This document shows positions 7,329-16,643 of a DNA stretch of 41,312 nt, piece by piece. This DNA comes from a virus. The notes under the pieces were generated by a model. That model was not told the DNA's origin. It saw nothing but the letters and a program-made list of their open reading frames with translations, and ran no database searches. The translations under genes were made by a program, and so were the position numbers. Positions within the stretch are counted from its first letter, which is position 1, and every line of letters begins with the position of its first letter. The stretch is from positions 1-41,312 of the IMG/VR virus record IMGVR_UViG_3300002461_000115; one strand, written 5' to 3'.

Positions 7329-7359
7329 TCATTCACACCAACCGCAACGGAGAAAAAAC

Positions 7360-7569
7360 ATGAACAAGCCAGCCAACAACGAAATTGCCCTTTTCACCAA
7401 CTCTGGCCTCGTGCAGTACGCATGCAGCGTCGAGGAAATGCTTAACGTTTACAACCGCGGCGGCCGTGTTTACGAAATTAGGATGGACGCTCAAGGGAGG
7501 GAAATACTCTGGCACAAGGGCCACCAGTACGAAGTCGGCTTCTTCTCTGCATCGGATCGCCAGCAATGA
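7360..7569 (+). CDS. hypothetical protein (69 aa)
   Basis: GGAGAAAAAAC SD before the ATG at 7360 (track ORF from 7282). Confidence 0.5.
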   Translation: MNKPANNEIALFTNSGLVQYACSVEEMLNVYNRGGRVYEIRMDAQGREILWHKGHQYEVGFFSASDRQQ

Positions 7570-7736
7570 GTCAGGCGGGTCTGGCCAAAACCAACGCAGA
7601 GCGCCAGCAAGCATTCCGCGACCGCCAGCCGCCAGAAGTGCGCGGCATCTTTGCCCCTCAAGACATGCACGACAAGATCAAGGCGCAGGCGGCGAATATG
7701 CTCAAGCGCAAGCCTGTTGACAAGCCCAAAGCATAG
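7566..7736 (+). CDS. small hypothetical basic protein (56 aa, MSQAGLAKTNAERQQAFRDRQ...)
   Basis: Hand translation with ATGA overlap. Below the track cutoff. Confidence 0.35.
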   Translation: MSQAGLAKTNAERQQAFRDRQPPEVRGIFAPQDMHDKIKAQAANMLKRKPVDKPKA

Positions 7737-7746
7737 CCGCTACAAT
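7717..7746 (+). promoter_or_regulatory. near-consensus promoter TTGACA-18 nt-TACAAT (candidate PR'-like late promoter)
   Basis: TTGACA at 7717..7722 and TACAAT at 7741..7746. Confidence 0.55.
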
Positions 7747-7811
7747 CGCGCCAATTGATCCGCGAATACGCAAAGAATCGTTGTCCGTGAGGATGGACAG
7801 GCGACACCAAG

Positions 7812-7837
7812 GCCACCGCTAACCACGGTGGCTTTTT
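7812..7837 (+). terminator. rho-independent terminator (GCCACCG-loop-CGGTGGC + TTTTT)
   Basis: 7-bp GC-rich stem (7812..7818 / 7826..7832) followed by T5. About 85 nt downstream of the predicted start site. Confidence 0.65.
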
Positions 7838-8223
7838 GCATTGCGCGGCACGTTTCGCCCGGCAGACCTACACCCATACAGCGGCAATGCCTCTAGGGTC
7901 TGACCGGGCACCTAACCACGGCAGGCGCACCGTGACCACAGCAGAACGCGACGAGCAGGCATATCAGCACGCCCTGCGCTGGGCTAAGTCAGCACAGAGC
8001 GGGCAACCACTCCCATTGCCACCGCACCCGATTCAATCGCGCATGTGGCAAGCATTCACACCGCTCGGGAAGAGCGAAGTCGCGAAGCGGAACGCTGCGA
8101 CATAAAGCACCGCAGCCCAGCGACGTGGTGACGAGCCGCGCTGACCCCTCCACAGCGTAGGCGGCGGGCGCTGGCACTTATCAATTGAACAAGCCGGAAG
8201 GCACTCAATGAGCAACAACCGTT

Positions 8224-8658
8224 ATGGCGCGTCCTTCAAAGTTCAAACCTGAGTTCATCCAGCAGGCCGAAAAGCTGTGCCGACTCGGGGCAACTGATCT
8301 AGAGATCGCAGACTTCTTTGAGATTGACGTTCGCACGCTGTACCGCTGGAAGGGTGACAACGAAGCGTTTTGTCAGGCCCTAAAGGTTGGCAAGGATGTG
8401 GCTGACGAGCGGGTTGAACGCAGCCTGTTTGCCCGTGCCAATGGGTATGAACACGAAGAGGTAGACATTCGTGTTGTCGGCGGCGGGATTGTTCAGACGC
8501 CAATTCGGAAGTTCTACCCGCCAGACACGACGGCTTGCATCTTCTGGCTCAAGAACCGCAAAGCCGGTGAGTGGCGAGAGAAGCAGGAAGTCGAGCACTC
8601 TGGCGAACTGAAGGTTTCCAAGATCACGCGCACCATCGTTGACCCGGTAGCGCGGTGA
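8224..8658 (+). CDS. terS: terminase small subunit
   Basis: MARPSKFKPEFIQQAEKLCRLGATDLEIADFFEIDVRTLYRWK is a typical TerS HTH N-terminus. Overlaps the TerL start. Confidence 0.8.
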   Translation: MARPSKFKPEFIQQAEKLCRLGATDLEIADFFEIDVRTLYRWKGDNEAFCQALKVGKDVADERVERSLFARANGYEHEEVDIRVVGGGIVQTPIRKFYPPDTTACIFWLKNRKAGEWREKQEVEHSGELKVSKITRTIVDPVAR

Positions 8659-9959
8659 GGGAGCTTGATATTGAGACAGCGCGGGTGTTTCTCCCGGCGC
8701 TTGATGCAACGCGAGACACGGCCATTCACGGCGGGCGAGGCTCAGGGAAGTCCCACTTCGTTGCAGAGCACTTGATCGAAGACGCTCTAGCCGAACCCGG
8801 CAACAGTGGGGGCGAGGGGCTCAGAACAGTTTGCATCCGTGAGGTGCAGAAAGACTTGGCGCAGTCCTCCAAGGCGCTGATTGAGTCCAAGCTGAGGAAG
8901 TTCGGCCTTGGCGAGAAAGACGGGTTTGGCGTTTATAAGGATGTAATCACCGCTCCTGGCGATGGGCTGTTCATCTTCAAGGGGATGAACGACTACACCG
9001 CCGACAGCATCAAGTCGCTGGAAGGTTTCAAGCGCGGCTGGTGGGAGGAGGCGCATAACGCATCCAAGACATCGATTGGTCTGTACCGCCCGACGATGCG
9101 GGCGAGCGGTTCGCGGATGTTTTGGACGTGGAACCCACGCAAGAAGACAGACGCTGTAGATGTACTGTTCCGTGGCCCTGAAAAGCCAACAGGCGCGGTT
9201 GTCATTCAATCAAGCTGGCGTGACAACCCTTGGTTCACAGCGGAGCTAGAGCAAGAGCGGCTGGATTGCCTGCGCATCAACCCGGATCAATACGATCACA
9301 TTTGGGACGGTGGCTACGTCAGCTTGATCGAAGGCGCGTACTTCGCTAAGCAACTGTCGAAGTGCAAGGAAGACGGTCGCATTGGCGTTGTGCCAATCGA
9401 TCCAATGCTCACGATCCGGCTGTTTGCTGACATCGGCGGCACCGGAGCAAAGGCAGACAACTTTGTCTTCTGGGCTGCTCAGTTCGTCGGCCTAGAGATT
9501 CGGGTTGTCGATCACTACGAAGCGCAAGGCCAGCCGTGGGACGCTCACGTTGCATGGCTTCGCAAGCGTGGCTACACGTCAGACAGGGCGCAAATCTGGC
9601 TCCCTCATGACGGCGACACGCAGGACAAGGTAATCGATGTGTCCTACCGCTCGGCATTCGAGGGCGCAGGCTACACAGTCAACGTGATTCCGAATCAAGG
9701 CAAGGGTGCTGCGATGGCGCGGGTTGAGAAGGCCCGCGAGTTGTTCCCCAAAGTCAGGTTCAACGAAGCAACGACAGAAGCAGGGCGCGATGCGCTGGGC
9801 TGGTATCACGAGAAGCGGGACGACATTCGCGGTATCGGGCTTGGCCCGGATCACGACTGGTCAAGCCACAGCGCAGATGCCTATGGGCTCATGTGCATCG
9901 TGTACGAAGAGCCGGTGACATCCGCGCCGTTGGCCTACCCGAAGCTCAGCTACGCATAG
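8655..9959 (+). CDS. terL: terminase large subunit (PBSX-type)
   Basis: Walker A HGGRGSGKS; 434 aa; nuclease-half motifs; position after TerS. Confidence 0.9.
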   Translation: MRELDIETARVFLPALDATRDTAIHGGRGSGKSHFVAEHLIEDALAEPGNSGGEGLRTVCIREVQKDLAQSSKALIESKLRKFGLGEKDGFGVYKDVITAPGDGLFIFKGMNDYTADSIKSLEGFKRGWWEEAHNASKTSIGLYRPTMRASGSRMFWTWNPRKKTDAVDVLFRGPEKPTGAVVIQSSWRDNPWFTAELEQERLDCLRINPDQYDHIWDGGYVSLIEGAYFAKQLSKCKEDGRIGVVPIDPMLTIRLFADIGGTGAKADNFVFWAAQFVGLEIRVVDHYEAQGQPWDAHVAWLRKRGYTSDRAQIWLPHDGDTQDKVIDVSYRSAFEGAGYTVNVIPNQGKGAAMARVEKARELFPKVRFNEATTEAGRDALGWYHEKRDDIRGIGLGPDHDWSSHSADAYGLMCIVYEEPVTSAPLAYPKLSYA

Positions 9960-9997
9960 AGACACGGACGCATCCGCCGAGAGGCGCTGCGAAGTAA

Positions 9998-12466
9998 ATG
10001 GCAAGAATGTCGGAAGACACACTGCGGGCGATCACCGACCAGCAGATGCGCTCTGCCGTGGGCGTGTACGGCGGCAGGCTGTCGCACCAGCGGCGCAAGG
10101 CCATGCAGTATTACCTTTGCGAGCCGGTGGGCGATCTGTCCCCGCCTGAGGTGGATGGCCGCTCGTTAGTCGTCAGCCCTGATGTGCGCAACACCATCGA
10201 AAGCATGCTCCCGCAACTGATGGTGAAGTTCGCAGGCTCTGAGCGTGTTGTGGAGTTTGAGCCGAACAAGCCGGGTGACGAGCAGAAAGCCGAGCAGGCC
10301 ACCGACTACATCAACTACGTCTTCCACCAACGCAATAACGGCGAAGGCATCTCCTACAACTGGATGAAGGACGCGCTGCTCGGCAAGAACGGCATCGTCA
10401 AAGTCTGGTGGGACGACAGGAAAGTAGAGAAGCGCGAAGACTACAAGGGGCTGAGTGCCGAGGAACTGGCGCAGTTAATGGACGACGACGAAATCGAAGT
10501 CACCGAGTCCAAGTCCTACCCCGACGAAGAAGACGCAGAGCAGCGCCAGAAGGCCATCGAGCAACTGACGCAGCAGCTACAGCAGGCCCAGCAAGCCGCC
10601 GAGATGGGCGATCCGCAGGCCATGCAAGCCGTGGAGATGCTCACGCAGCAGATGCAAGGCATCCAGTCTGCGCCGCCCGTCCTGGCCTATGACGTGACCT
10701 GCAAGCGAAGCGACAAGTGCGGGCAGATTCGCGTGGACAACGTGCCACCGGAAGAATTCCTCATCAGCCGCGAAGCGAAGACGATTGAAGGCGCGAAGTT
10801 CGTCGGCCATCGCGTGCCACGGACTGTCAGCGATCTGAAGTCGATGGGGTACAAAAACCTCGAAAACCTGTCCTCCGACGATCAGAACGTCAACTTCAAC
10901 AGCGAGCGCGTTGAGCGCCTCGCCTATGACGACGAGATGGCCGCGCTGACTGTGGATCAGACGGACACCTCCGACGATTCACAGCGCATGGTGTGGGTGA
11001 CGGAGTGCTATCTCCGTGTGGACTTCGACGGCGACGGGATTGCAGAGCTTCGCAAGGTTGTCCGTGCTGGCAACCGCGTGCTTGAGAACGAGATCATCGA
11101 CTGGGCACCGTTCGTCAGCATCACGCCGGTTCCGATGCCGCACAAGTTTTACGGTTTGTCCATCGCTGACCTGGCGCTCGATGCCCAACGAATCAAAACC
11201 AACATCCTGCGCGGCATGTTGGACAACATGTATCTGGCGATTAACGGTCGCCACTTCGCGGTTGAAGGGCAAGTCAACCTAGACGACCTGTTGGTGTCGC
11301 GTCCTGGCGGGGTTGTCCGGGTGAAGCAGCCCAACGCAGTCGGCAGGCTCGATCAGGGCGCTCCAGACTCCCAGCTCGGCCTCGGGATGATGGAGCACAT
11401 GCAGGGGTACTTGGAGGACTCCACGGGCTGGTATCGCGTCAGTCAGGGCAACGACCCATCCAGTCTGCAAGGCTCCGAGACAGCGACCAAGACCAACATC
11501 GTCACCAACAAGGCCGACATGCGGCTTGATCTGGTGGCGCGGAACTTCGCGGAAGGCTTCCGCAACCTGTTCCGCATGATGCTCAAACTGTCGGCTCAGT
11601 ACACCAACAAAGAGCAAGTCATTCGGCTTCGTGGTGAGTGGGTGACGATGGACCCGCGAGAGTGGCGCAACGGCTTCGACACCTCAATCAACGTGGGCCT
11701 GGGCACCGGCTCCAAGGATCAGCAAGTCGCGCACCTTTCCAACCTGCTGGCGCTTCAGAAAGAAGGCTTGATGATCGGCGTGGCGACACCCGAAAACATC
11801 TACCAATCAGGCGCAGAACTCATCAAGGCGATGGGCTTCAAGAACGCTGACAAGTTCCTGACCGACCCCGCAAAGATGCCTCCGCAGCCACCAGCGCCTG
11901 ACCCTGAGCAGATCAAGGGGCAGAACGCCATGCAACTGAAGCAAATGGAGCTTCAGGCCGACGCGCAGAAGTTCCAAGCCGAGACGCAACTTCGGCTGCA
12001 AGAGATTCAGATGCAGGCGCAGTCCAAGCTGCAAGAGGTTCAGGCGAATCTTGAGCTTCAGGCAGCGAACGACCAGCGAGACAGCGAGCGCGAGACGCTG
12101 AAGGCGCAACTCGACGCACAGCTTGCCCAGGCAGAGCAGGAAAACAAGCGGGCAGTGGCCGAGCTACAGGCCACGGTCGATAAGTACAAGGCTGATCTGG
12201 ACTCACAGACCAAGCTGACCATCGCGCAGATGAACGCCCAGCAGTCGATGGAACTGGCTTCAATGCAGACGCAGCAGAAAGCCGAGTCGGCTCCGCAGAT
12301 CGACTTGGCACCCATTCAAGACGCCTTGAAACAGATCATGGACTACGCCAACGCGCCCGTGGAGATTGTCAGAGGCCCAGACGGACGCGCGGCGGGCATC
12401 CGAAGGGGCGGCATGACCAAAACGATCAATCGCGGGCCTGACGGTCGCGCTATGGGGGTCGCATGA
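9998..12466 (+). CDS. portal protein with long Q/A-rich C-terminal coiled coil
   Basis: 822 aa following TerL. N-terminal RRKAMQYYLCEP...DGRSLVVSPDVRNTIESMLPQLMVKF is a portal-type motif. C-terminal about 200 aa are heptad-like. Confidence 0.85.
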   Translation: MARMSEDTLRAITDQQMRSAVGVYGGRLSHQRRKAMQYYLCEPVGDLSPPEVDGRSLVVSPDVRNTIESMLPQLMVKFAGSERVVEFEPNKPGDEQKAEQATDYINYVFHQRNNGEGISYNWMKDALLGKNGIVKVWWDDRKVEKREDYKGLSAEELAQLMDDDEIEVTESKSYPDEEDAEQRQKAIEQLTQQLQQAQQAAEMGDPQAMQAVEMLTQQMQGIQSAPPVLAYDVTCKRSDKCGQIRVDNVPPEEFLISREAKTIEGAKFVGHRVPRTVSDLKSMGYKNLENLSSDDQNVNFNSERVERLAYDDEMAALTVDQTDTSDDSQRMVWVTECYLRVDFDGDGIAELRKVVRAGNRVLENEIIDWAPFVSITPVPMPHKFYGLSIADLALDAQRIKTNILRGMLDNMYLAINGRHFAVEGQVNLDDLLVSRPGGVVRVKQPNAVGRLDQGAPDSQLGLGMMEHMQGYLEDSTGWYRVSQGNDPSSLQGSETATKTNIVTNKADMRLDLVARNFAEGFRNLFRMMLKLSAQYTNKEQVIRLRGEWVTMDPREWRNGFDTSINVGLGTGSKDQQVAHLSNLLALQKEGLMIGVATPENIYQSGAELIKAMGFKNADKFLTDPAKMPPQPPAPDPEQIKGQNAMQLKQMELQADAQKFQAETQLRLQEIQMQAQSKLQEVQANLELQAANDQRDSERETLKAQLDAQLAQAEQENKRAVAELQATVDKYKADLDSQTKLTIAQMNAQQSMELASMQTQQKAESAPQIDLAPIQDALKQIMDYANAPVEIVRGPDGRAAGIRRGGMTKTINRGPDGRAMGVA

Positions 12467-12660
12467 ACGAGCCAATGATCTACACAAGCCGGGGCAACCT
12501 GCCGCTGGCGCAACTGCAAGAGCGCGTGGTCTGGACTGACAACGAGCAGGAAACCATTTGCGCCATTGAGCATTGGTTTGAAGGTGAGTGCGTCCGTCGC
12601 TCGCCGCACATCTACAAACGGCAAGGGCTTGAAGTGCTCGGCCAAATAGGGGCTATCTAA
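12463..12660 (+). CDS. hypothetical protein (65 aa)
   Basis: ATGA overlap with the portal stop. Confidence 0.5.
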   Translation: MNEPMIYTSRGNLPLAQLQERVVWTDNEQETICAIEHWFEGECVRRSPHIYKRQGLEVLGQIGAI

Positions 12661-13128
12661 ATGGCGAACACAGCAGGCGTTGCAAACTCATTCAAGTCCG
12701 AGATTCTTGTCGGGCGACACCAACTCGGCTCGGTCACGCTGACATCGCGCACCAGCTTGACGGCCCCGACGACCGACACCGTGAAGGCGGCGCTCTACAA
12801 CTCTTCGGCCACGATCAACGCATCGACCACGGCCTACACGGCAACCGACGAAGCATCGGGCACTGGATACACCGCAGGCGGCATCACCGTCACCAACGCC
12901 ACGGCACCCAGCACATCGGGCACCACGGGCATCTGGACGCCTTCGGCATCGCTGGTCTATACGACCGTGAGCATCGGCCCTGTTGACTGTGTGCTGCTCT
13001 ACAACTCGACGCAGAGTAACGCGGCGATTGAAGTCTGCACGTTCACCGCCCAGACGCCTGTGGCTGCAACGCTAACGCTGACGATGCCGACGAACAACGC
13101 ATCGAATGCATTGCTTCGCATCGCGTAA
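12661..13128 (+). CDS. hypothetical virion-module protein (155 aa, Thr/Ser/Ala-rich)
   Basis: Track ORF located in the structural operon. Confidence 0.55.
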   Translation: MANTAGVANSFKSEILVGRHQLGSVTLTSRTSLTAPTTDTVKAALYNSSATINASTTAYTATDEASGTGYTAGGITVTNATAPSTSGTTGIWTPSASLVYTTVSIGPVDCVLLYNSTQSNAAIEVCTFTAQTPVAATLTLTMPTNNASNALLRIA

Positions 13129-13137
13129 GGAGCCGCT

Positions 13138-13689
13138 ATGTCACTGACTCCCGCACAACTCACCACGATCAAGGCCGCGATCCTGGCCGAGACTACGCCC
13201 GCGCTCGTCACGCTGCGCCAGGCCAATAACGAGCAAGGAATGGCCGACTTCTACAACGCGGACAGCGGCACGGTGGTGTGGCAGACAGCCGCGCCTGTGA
13301 ACGCTGTCCAAGACGCAGTGGACTACACAGCCTACACGCCGAACGGCACCATTGACGGTACCGCAGTGGTGACGAACCGGCTGCTGGCGGCGCAGACAAA
13401 ACAGATCAATCTGCAACTGATGTTGCAGGGCAAGACGACGCTTGACGCAACGCCCAACCGAGTACGGACGGCCTTGCTGGACGCCACCACGAACTTGCCG
13501 ACCGGCAACAACGGCACATTGCAGTCAGCCGCTGGCGTCGATGGCGTCCGTGTTTTGAATGCGCTAATCCGGCCCGCTACTCGCGGCGAGCGGCTCTACA
13601 CCTTGTCGGCCACTCAGACCGGCTCGGTGAGCGCGTTCCGGCTGACCTTTGAGGGCGGCTTACCGCCCAAAACATCAGCGATGCACTGA
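13138..13689 (+). CDS. hypothetical virion-module protein (183 aa)
   Basis: Strong AAGGAG SD before the ATG at 13138. Confidence 0.6.
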   Translation: MSLTPAQLTTIKAAILAETTPALVTLRQANNEQGMADFYNADSGTVVWQTAAPVNAVQDAVDYTAYTPNGTIDGTAVVTNRLLAAQTKQINLQLMLQGKTTLDATPNRVRTALLDATTNLPTGNNGTLQSAAGVDGVRVLNALIRPATRGERLYTLSATQTGSVSAFRLTFEGGLPPKTSAMH

Positions 13690-13699
13690 GGGCTTAATC

Positions 13700-14209
13700 A
13701 TGGCGACCTCTGGCGTTACCTACGGCACCTACACCGCGCTGACGGTCACAAACCTTCAGTCGCTGGCGAACGATGCGACCGACCCCTTCGGCGCGTGGCA
13801 GTCGGCGCGGATCAGCAACCTATCCGACCTTGCCAACGACCGTGAATTCATCATTGATCTGAGCACTGCCAACACAGCGCCAGCGAACGATTCTGGCGCT
13901 TACGTTTATGTCGTTCCGTGGATGAGCACCGACGGCGGCACGACGTGGATTCCCGGCGGGAACTTCGGCACGACCACCGCTCCTACAGGGAGCGAAGGCA
14001 CGGCCAGTATCAGCGACCCAAATTCAATGGGCGGCCCGCTGTTCATGCCATACAAGATCGCGCAGCAGCGGTTGCAATTGGCGTTTTCCGTCGTCACTGT
14101 TCTTGGCTGGATGCCAGACGCCGTGTCGCTTGCCATTCGCAATTGCACTGGCGCCGCCCTTTCGACAGGCTGCGTCGTCGCTCATAACCCGCTCAAGTAC
14201 ACAATCTGA
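13700..14209 (+). CDS. hypothetical virion-module protein (169 aa)
   Basis: ATG at 13700 within track ORF 13649..14209; avoids overlapping the upstream gene. Confidence 0.55.
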   Translation: MATSGVTYGTYTALTVTNLQSLANDATDPFGAWQSARISNLSDLANDREFIIDLSTANTAPANDSGAYVYVVPWMSTDGGTTWIPGGNFGTTTAPTGSEGTASISDPNSMGGPLFMPYKIAQQRLQLAFSVVTVLGWMPDAVSLAIRNCTGAALSTGCVVAHNPLKYTI

Positions 14210-15690
14210 TGTACCGCTCGTCTAGGCTCGTAAGGCAGCCGAATGCCCCGGTAGGGATAAACCACAGCAATCCCCTTGCCAAAGGCATTGCCATCGCCAT
14301 CACGTCGCAAGGCGGGGCGACTATCGACGCGGTATCAGGCGCGCTTCCGGCATCAGGCAACGGAACGCGAGCGGCTTCGGCTTACAGCTTCGGCAAGGCG
14401 AGGCAATACACCAGCGGGTCAGACTGGTTCCTGACGCCAGCATCCCTGAATGCGCCGACGCGCTATTCGTGGATGGTTCGCGCGAAGTTCACCAGCATTT
14501 CAGGCTTCAACGGTATATTTTGCAAGACAGCGAACCTTGGTACAACGAACGGGTTTGGTACTTTCAGAGACAGCGGGGTAGGCGACAATATAGTATTTTC
14601 TCATGATGCAGCAGCAGGCACTGTATTTGAGGCGGCGTCAAATCTTGTAAATGCTGGTTTGGTCACGATTGTCGTTACCTGGGATGGTGCGACAGCCAGG
14701 TATTACAGGGACGGAAGGTTTGTTGCAAGCGGCGCATACACAACTTTAGTCACAAGCGGGAATGGTTATCTAAAAGTCTGCTCAAACCGCGATACAAGCA
14801 CAACATCCGCATATCACGACCACACTATAGTTTGGCCGGGTAGAGTGCTTCGCGAACAAGAGGCTGAATATCTAAGCCTTGGCGATAACTCATATTCGCT
14901 GTTTACCAACCGTCGCATCTGGGTGCCGGTGTCGGTGGTGACAGGCGACCCTGCGCTAACAGGCAACACCGCCACAGCATCGACAGGAGCGCTCACCCCG
15001 AGTGAGTCGCTAGGCACAACAGGCAACCAGGTTACCGGCTCACAGGGCGCGGTAGCCCCGAATCTGAGCCTTGCCACGGCTGGCAACGCGGCTACGTCAA
15101 GCACTGGGGCGTTGGTAGCTTCGCTGACCATCGGACTGACGGGGCAAGGCGCAACGGCAAGCGCAGGCAGTATTGCGGTGGGTGGCGCAGGGGCGGTGGC
15201 GCTGTCTGGGAATGCAGCAACGGCCAACGCCGGGACGCCTGTTGCATCTCTGACGGTTGGGTTGCTCGGCAGCGCATCAACCGCGACTGTTGGCTCAGTC
15301 GGCGCGCCAACTGGCGACATCACGCTGGCGCTAACAGGAAGCGGAGTAACAGCCAGTGCAGGCGTGCTCGGCACGGGTGCTGTGGGGGTTGGCGGGTATG
15401 GGGACGACAAGCCAAGGCGGAAGAAACGGTTTGTCGTCAAGGTCGGCGACAAGTTGGTGGAGTACGGCAGCGCATCGGCAGCAGCCAAGGCACTAAACGC
15501 AGCGCCTGAAGCGAAGCCTGAGCCGGTGGCAGAGGTGCCGATCAGGAAGATCAAGGCACAGGCCCGCGTGTTCCAAGCCGAGCAGCAGATTCAGAACCTG
15601 TTCAAACAGCAGGACTTTGAAGCCATGCTCGCGCTGTATGAGCAGATGCAGGATGAAGACGATGTTGAATCTCTGTTGATGGCCCTATGA
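14209..15690 (+). CDS. LamG/concanavalin-A-like lectin-domain protein with Gly/Ala/Thr tandem repeats and an acidic C-terminal helix
   Basis: FNGIFCKTAN...GLVTIVVTWDGATARYYRDGRFVASG is Laminin_G_3-like. Repeats of the type L(T/S)G(N/Q)xAT(A/S)SxG lie between aa 250 and 400. Confidence 0.65.
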   Translation: MYRSSRLVRQPNAPVGINHSNPLAKGIAIAITSQGGATIDAVSGALPASGNGTRAASAYSFGKARQYTSGSDWFLTPASLNAPTRYSWMVRAKFTSISGFNGIFCKTANLGTTNGFGTFRDSGVGDNIVFSHDAAAGTVFEAASNLVNAGLVTIVVTWDGATARYYRDGRFVASGAYTTLVTSGNGYLKVCSNRDTSTTSAYHDHTIVWPGRVLREQEAEYLSLGDNSYSLFTNRRIWVPVSVVTGDPALTGNTATASTGALTPSESLGTTGNQVTGSQGAVAPNLSLATAGNAATSSTGALVASLTIGLTGQGATASAGSIAVGGAGAVALSGNAATANAGTPVASLTVGLLGSASTATVGSVGAPTGDITLALTGSGVTASAGVLGTGAVGVGGYGDDKPRRKKRFVVKVGDKLVEYGSASAAAKALNAAPEAKPEPVAEVPIRKIKAQARVFQAEQQIQNLFKQQDFEAMLALYEQMQDEDDVESLLMAL

Positions 15691-15974
15691 CACTTGAAGA
15701 ACAACTGCACAACGGCTCACGGGCCAAGGAAGTGCTGGAAAACGAGCAATTCCAAGCCGCGTTTGAAGCCACAGAAAAGGAACTGATCGAAGCATGGAAA
15801 AGCAGCCCTGCAAGAGATAACGAGGGCCGCGAAAAGTGCTGGGCATATCTGATGGTGTTGGGCAAGGTGAAGGCTCACCTTACATCCACCCTTGAAAGCG
15901 GGAAGCTAGCTGAATTAGAGGTGCGTCACAAGCAGGGGGTTGCAGACCGGATTCGATCTGCGTTTATGGGGTGA
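15687..15974 (+). CDS. small conserved head-module protein whose 3' end has been replaced by the HNH cassette
   Basis: ATGA start. Residues AYL...RHKQ (15843..15935) are re-encoded downstream at 16501..16593. Confidence 0.6.
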   Translation: MTLEEQLHNGSRAKEVLENEQFQAAFEATEKELIEAWKSSPARDNEGREKCWAYLMVLGKVKAHLTSTLESGKLAELEVRHKQGVADRIRSAFMG

Positions 15975-16462
15975 TGCCAAAGTTCGCCACTAACAATTCG
16001 GCAAACTGTGCGCTGTGTAATTCCGAACTCAGCAGCCAGCGCCTTGGACGATCCTCGCTTGCGTGAGTAGCGGCGCCGAATGTCCTCCGCTATCTCGCGC
16101 GTAATCTTTGCCCCTGACAGTGAAATGCGCCCGATAGAAACGGCATGGCGCGTGTTTTCTAGCCGAGTGCAGTACTCAAGATTGCTGACATCGTTGTTCA
16201 GCTTGTTGCCGTCAATGTGGTTAACAGTCATCCCCTCGCTGGGTGCGCCAAGAAACGCAGCCGCAACGAGTCTGTGCACGGCGTGTGTAGATATTTTCCC
16301 CGGCCTGCTTAGTTTTAGGCGCGCATACCCGCGATGGTCAACGTATTGCGTGACGGGGCGTTGCTCAGTGCAATATGGCCCAACCAAGCGCACGACTGTG
16401 CCGCAGCGAGCAACGGCGTAAACGCCTTCAAAGTCAAGTATTGGAGCGAATGTGAGCGACAT
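15926..16462 (-). CDS. free-standing HNH homing endonuclease (HNH_3 type with C-terminal HTH), antisense to the late operon
   Basis: YVDHRGYARLKLS...HAVHRLVAAAFLG...VNHIDGNKLNNDVSNLEYCTRLENTRH. Probable start MSLTF at 16462 (track ORF extends to 16645). Confidence 0.8.
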   Translation of the reverse strand: MSLTFAPILDFEGVYAVARCGTVVRLVGPYCTEQRPVTQYVDHRGYARLKLSRPGKISTHAVHRLVAAAFLGAPSEGMTVNHIDGNKLNNDVSNLEYCTRLENTRHAVSIGRISLSGAKITREIAEDIRRRYSRKRGSSKALAAEFGITQRTVCRIVSGELWHHPINADRIRSATPCL

Positions 16463-16500
16463 AGTGGAACCAAAGAGACGCGGACGGCCACCAAAGTATA

Positions 16501-16629
16501 GCGTACCTGTCCCTGTTGGCGAAGGTGAAATCGCACCTGGTTTCGACGTTGGAGACGGGCAAGCTGGCGGAGTTGGAAGTGCGCCACAAGCAGAGCCTGT
16601 TCGACAAAGCGCGGCAGTGGGCGGCGTGA
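16501..16629 (+). pseudogene. orphaned original 3' end of gene 15687 (AYLSLLAKVKSHLVSTLETGKLAELEVRHKQSLFDKARQWAA*)
   Basis: Hand translation. 25 of 31 residues identical to 15843..15935, with many synonymous differences. No start codon of its own. Confidence 0.7.
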
Positions 16630-16643
16630 GTTGGGCCAGTTTC

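Noticed and set aside
7836-8105. 89-aa ORF in the leader between the terminator and terS.
   Set aside because: The track start is a TTG inside the terminator T-run, and the internal ATG at 7887 lacks an SD. It may be non-coding leader or a pac region. A 10-nt repeat CTAACCACGG occurs at about 7819 and about 7911. Left unannotated; coding cannot be excluded.
14940-15400. Periodic repeats that might be mistaken for a CRISPR-like or satellite array.
   Set aside because: They are in-frame, imperfect codon-level repeats of a Gly/Ala/Thr-rich protein segment. There is no constant repeat plus unique spacer structure.
14814-15554. Long antisense ORFs: 14814..15554, 19113..19910, 28507..29556, 2679..3392 and 24013..24771 on the minus strand, and 39753..40877 and 6122..6835 on the plus strand.
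   Set aside because: They lie opposite well-supported genes and have Arg/Ala/Pro/Gly-rich low-complexity translations with no start context. These are typical shadow ORFs of high-GC DNA.
15942-15961. Imperfect palindrome GCAGACCGGATTCGATCTGC that makes both strands encode ADRIRSA (the C-termini of gene 15687 and of the antisense HNH).
   Set aside because: It is a consequence of the hairpin-like palindrome in the convergent overlap. It is possibly a bidirectional stem-loop, but I see no basis for a functional claim beyond that.
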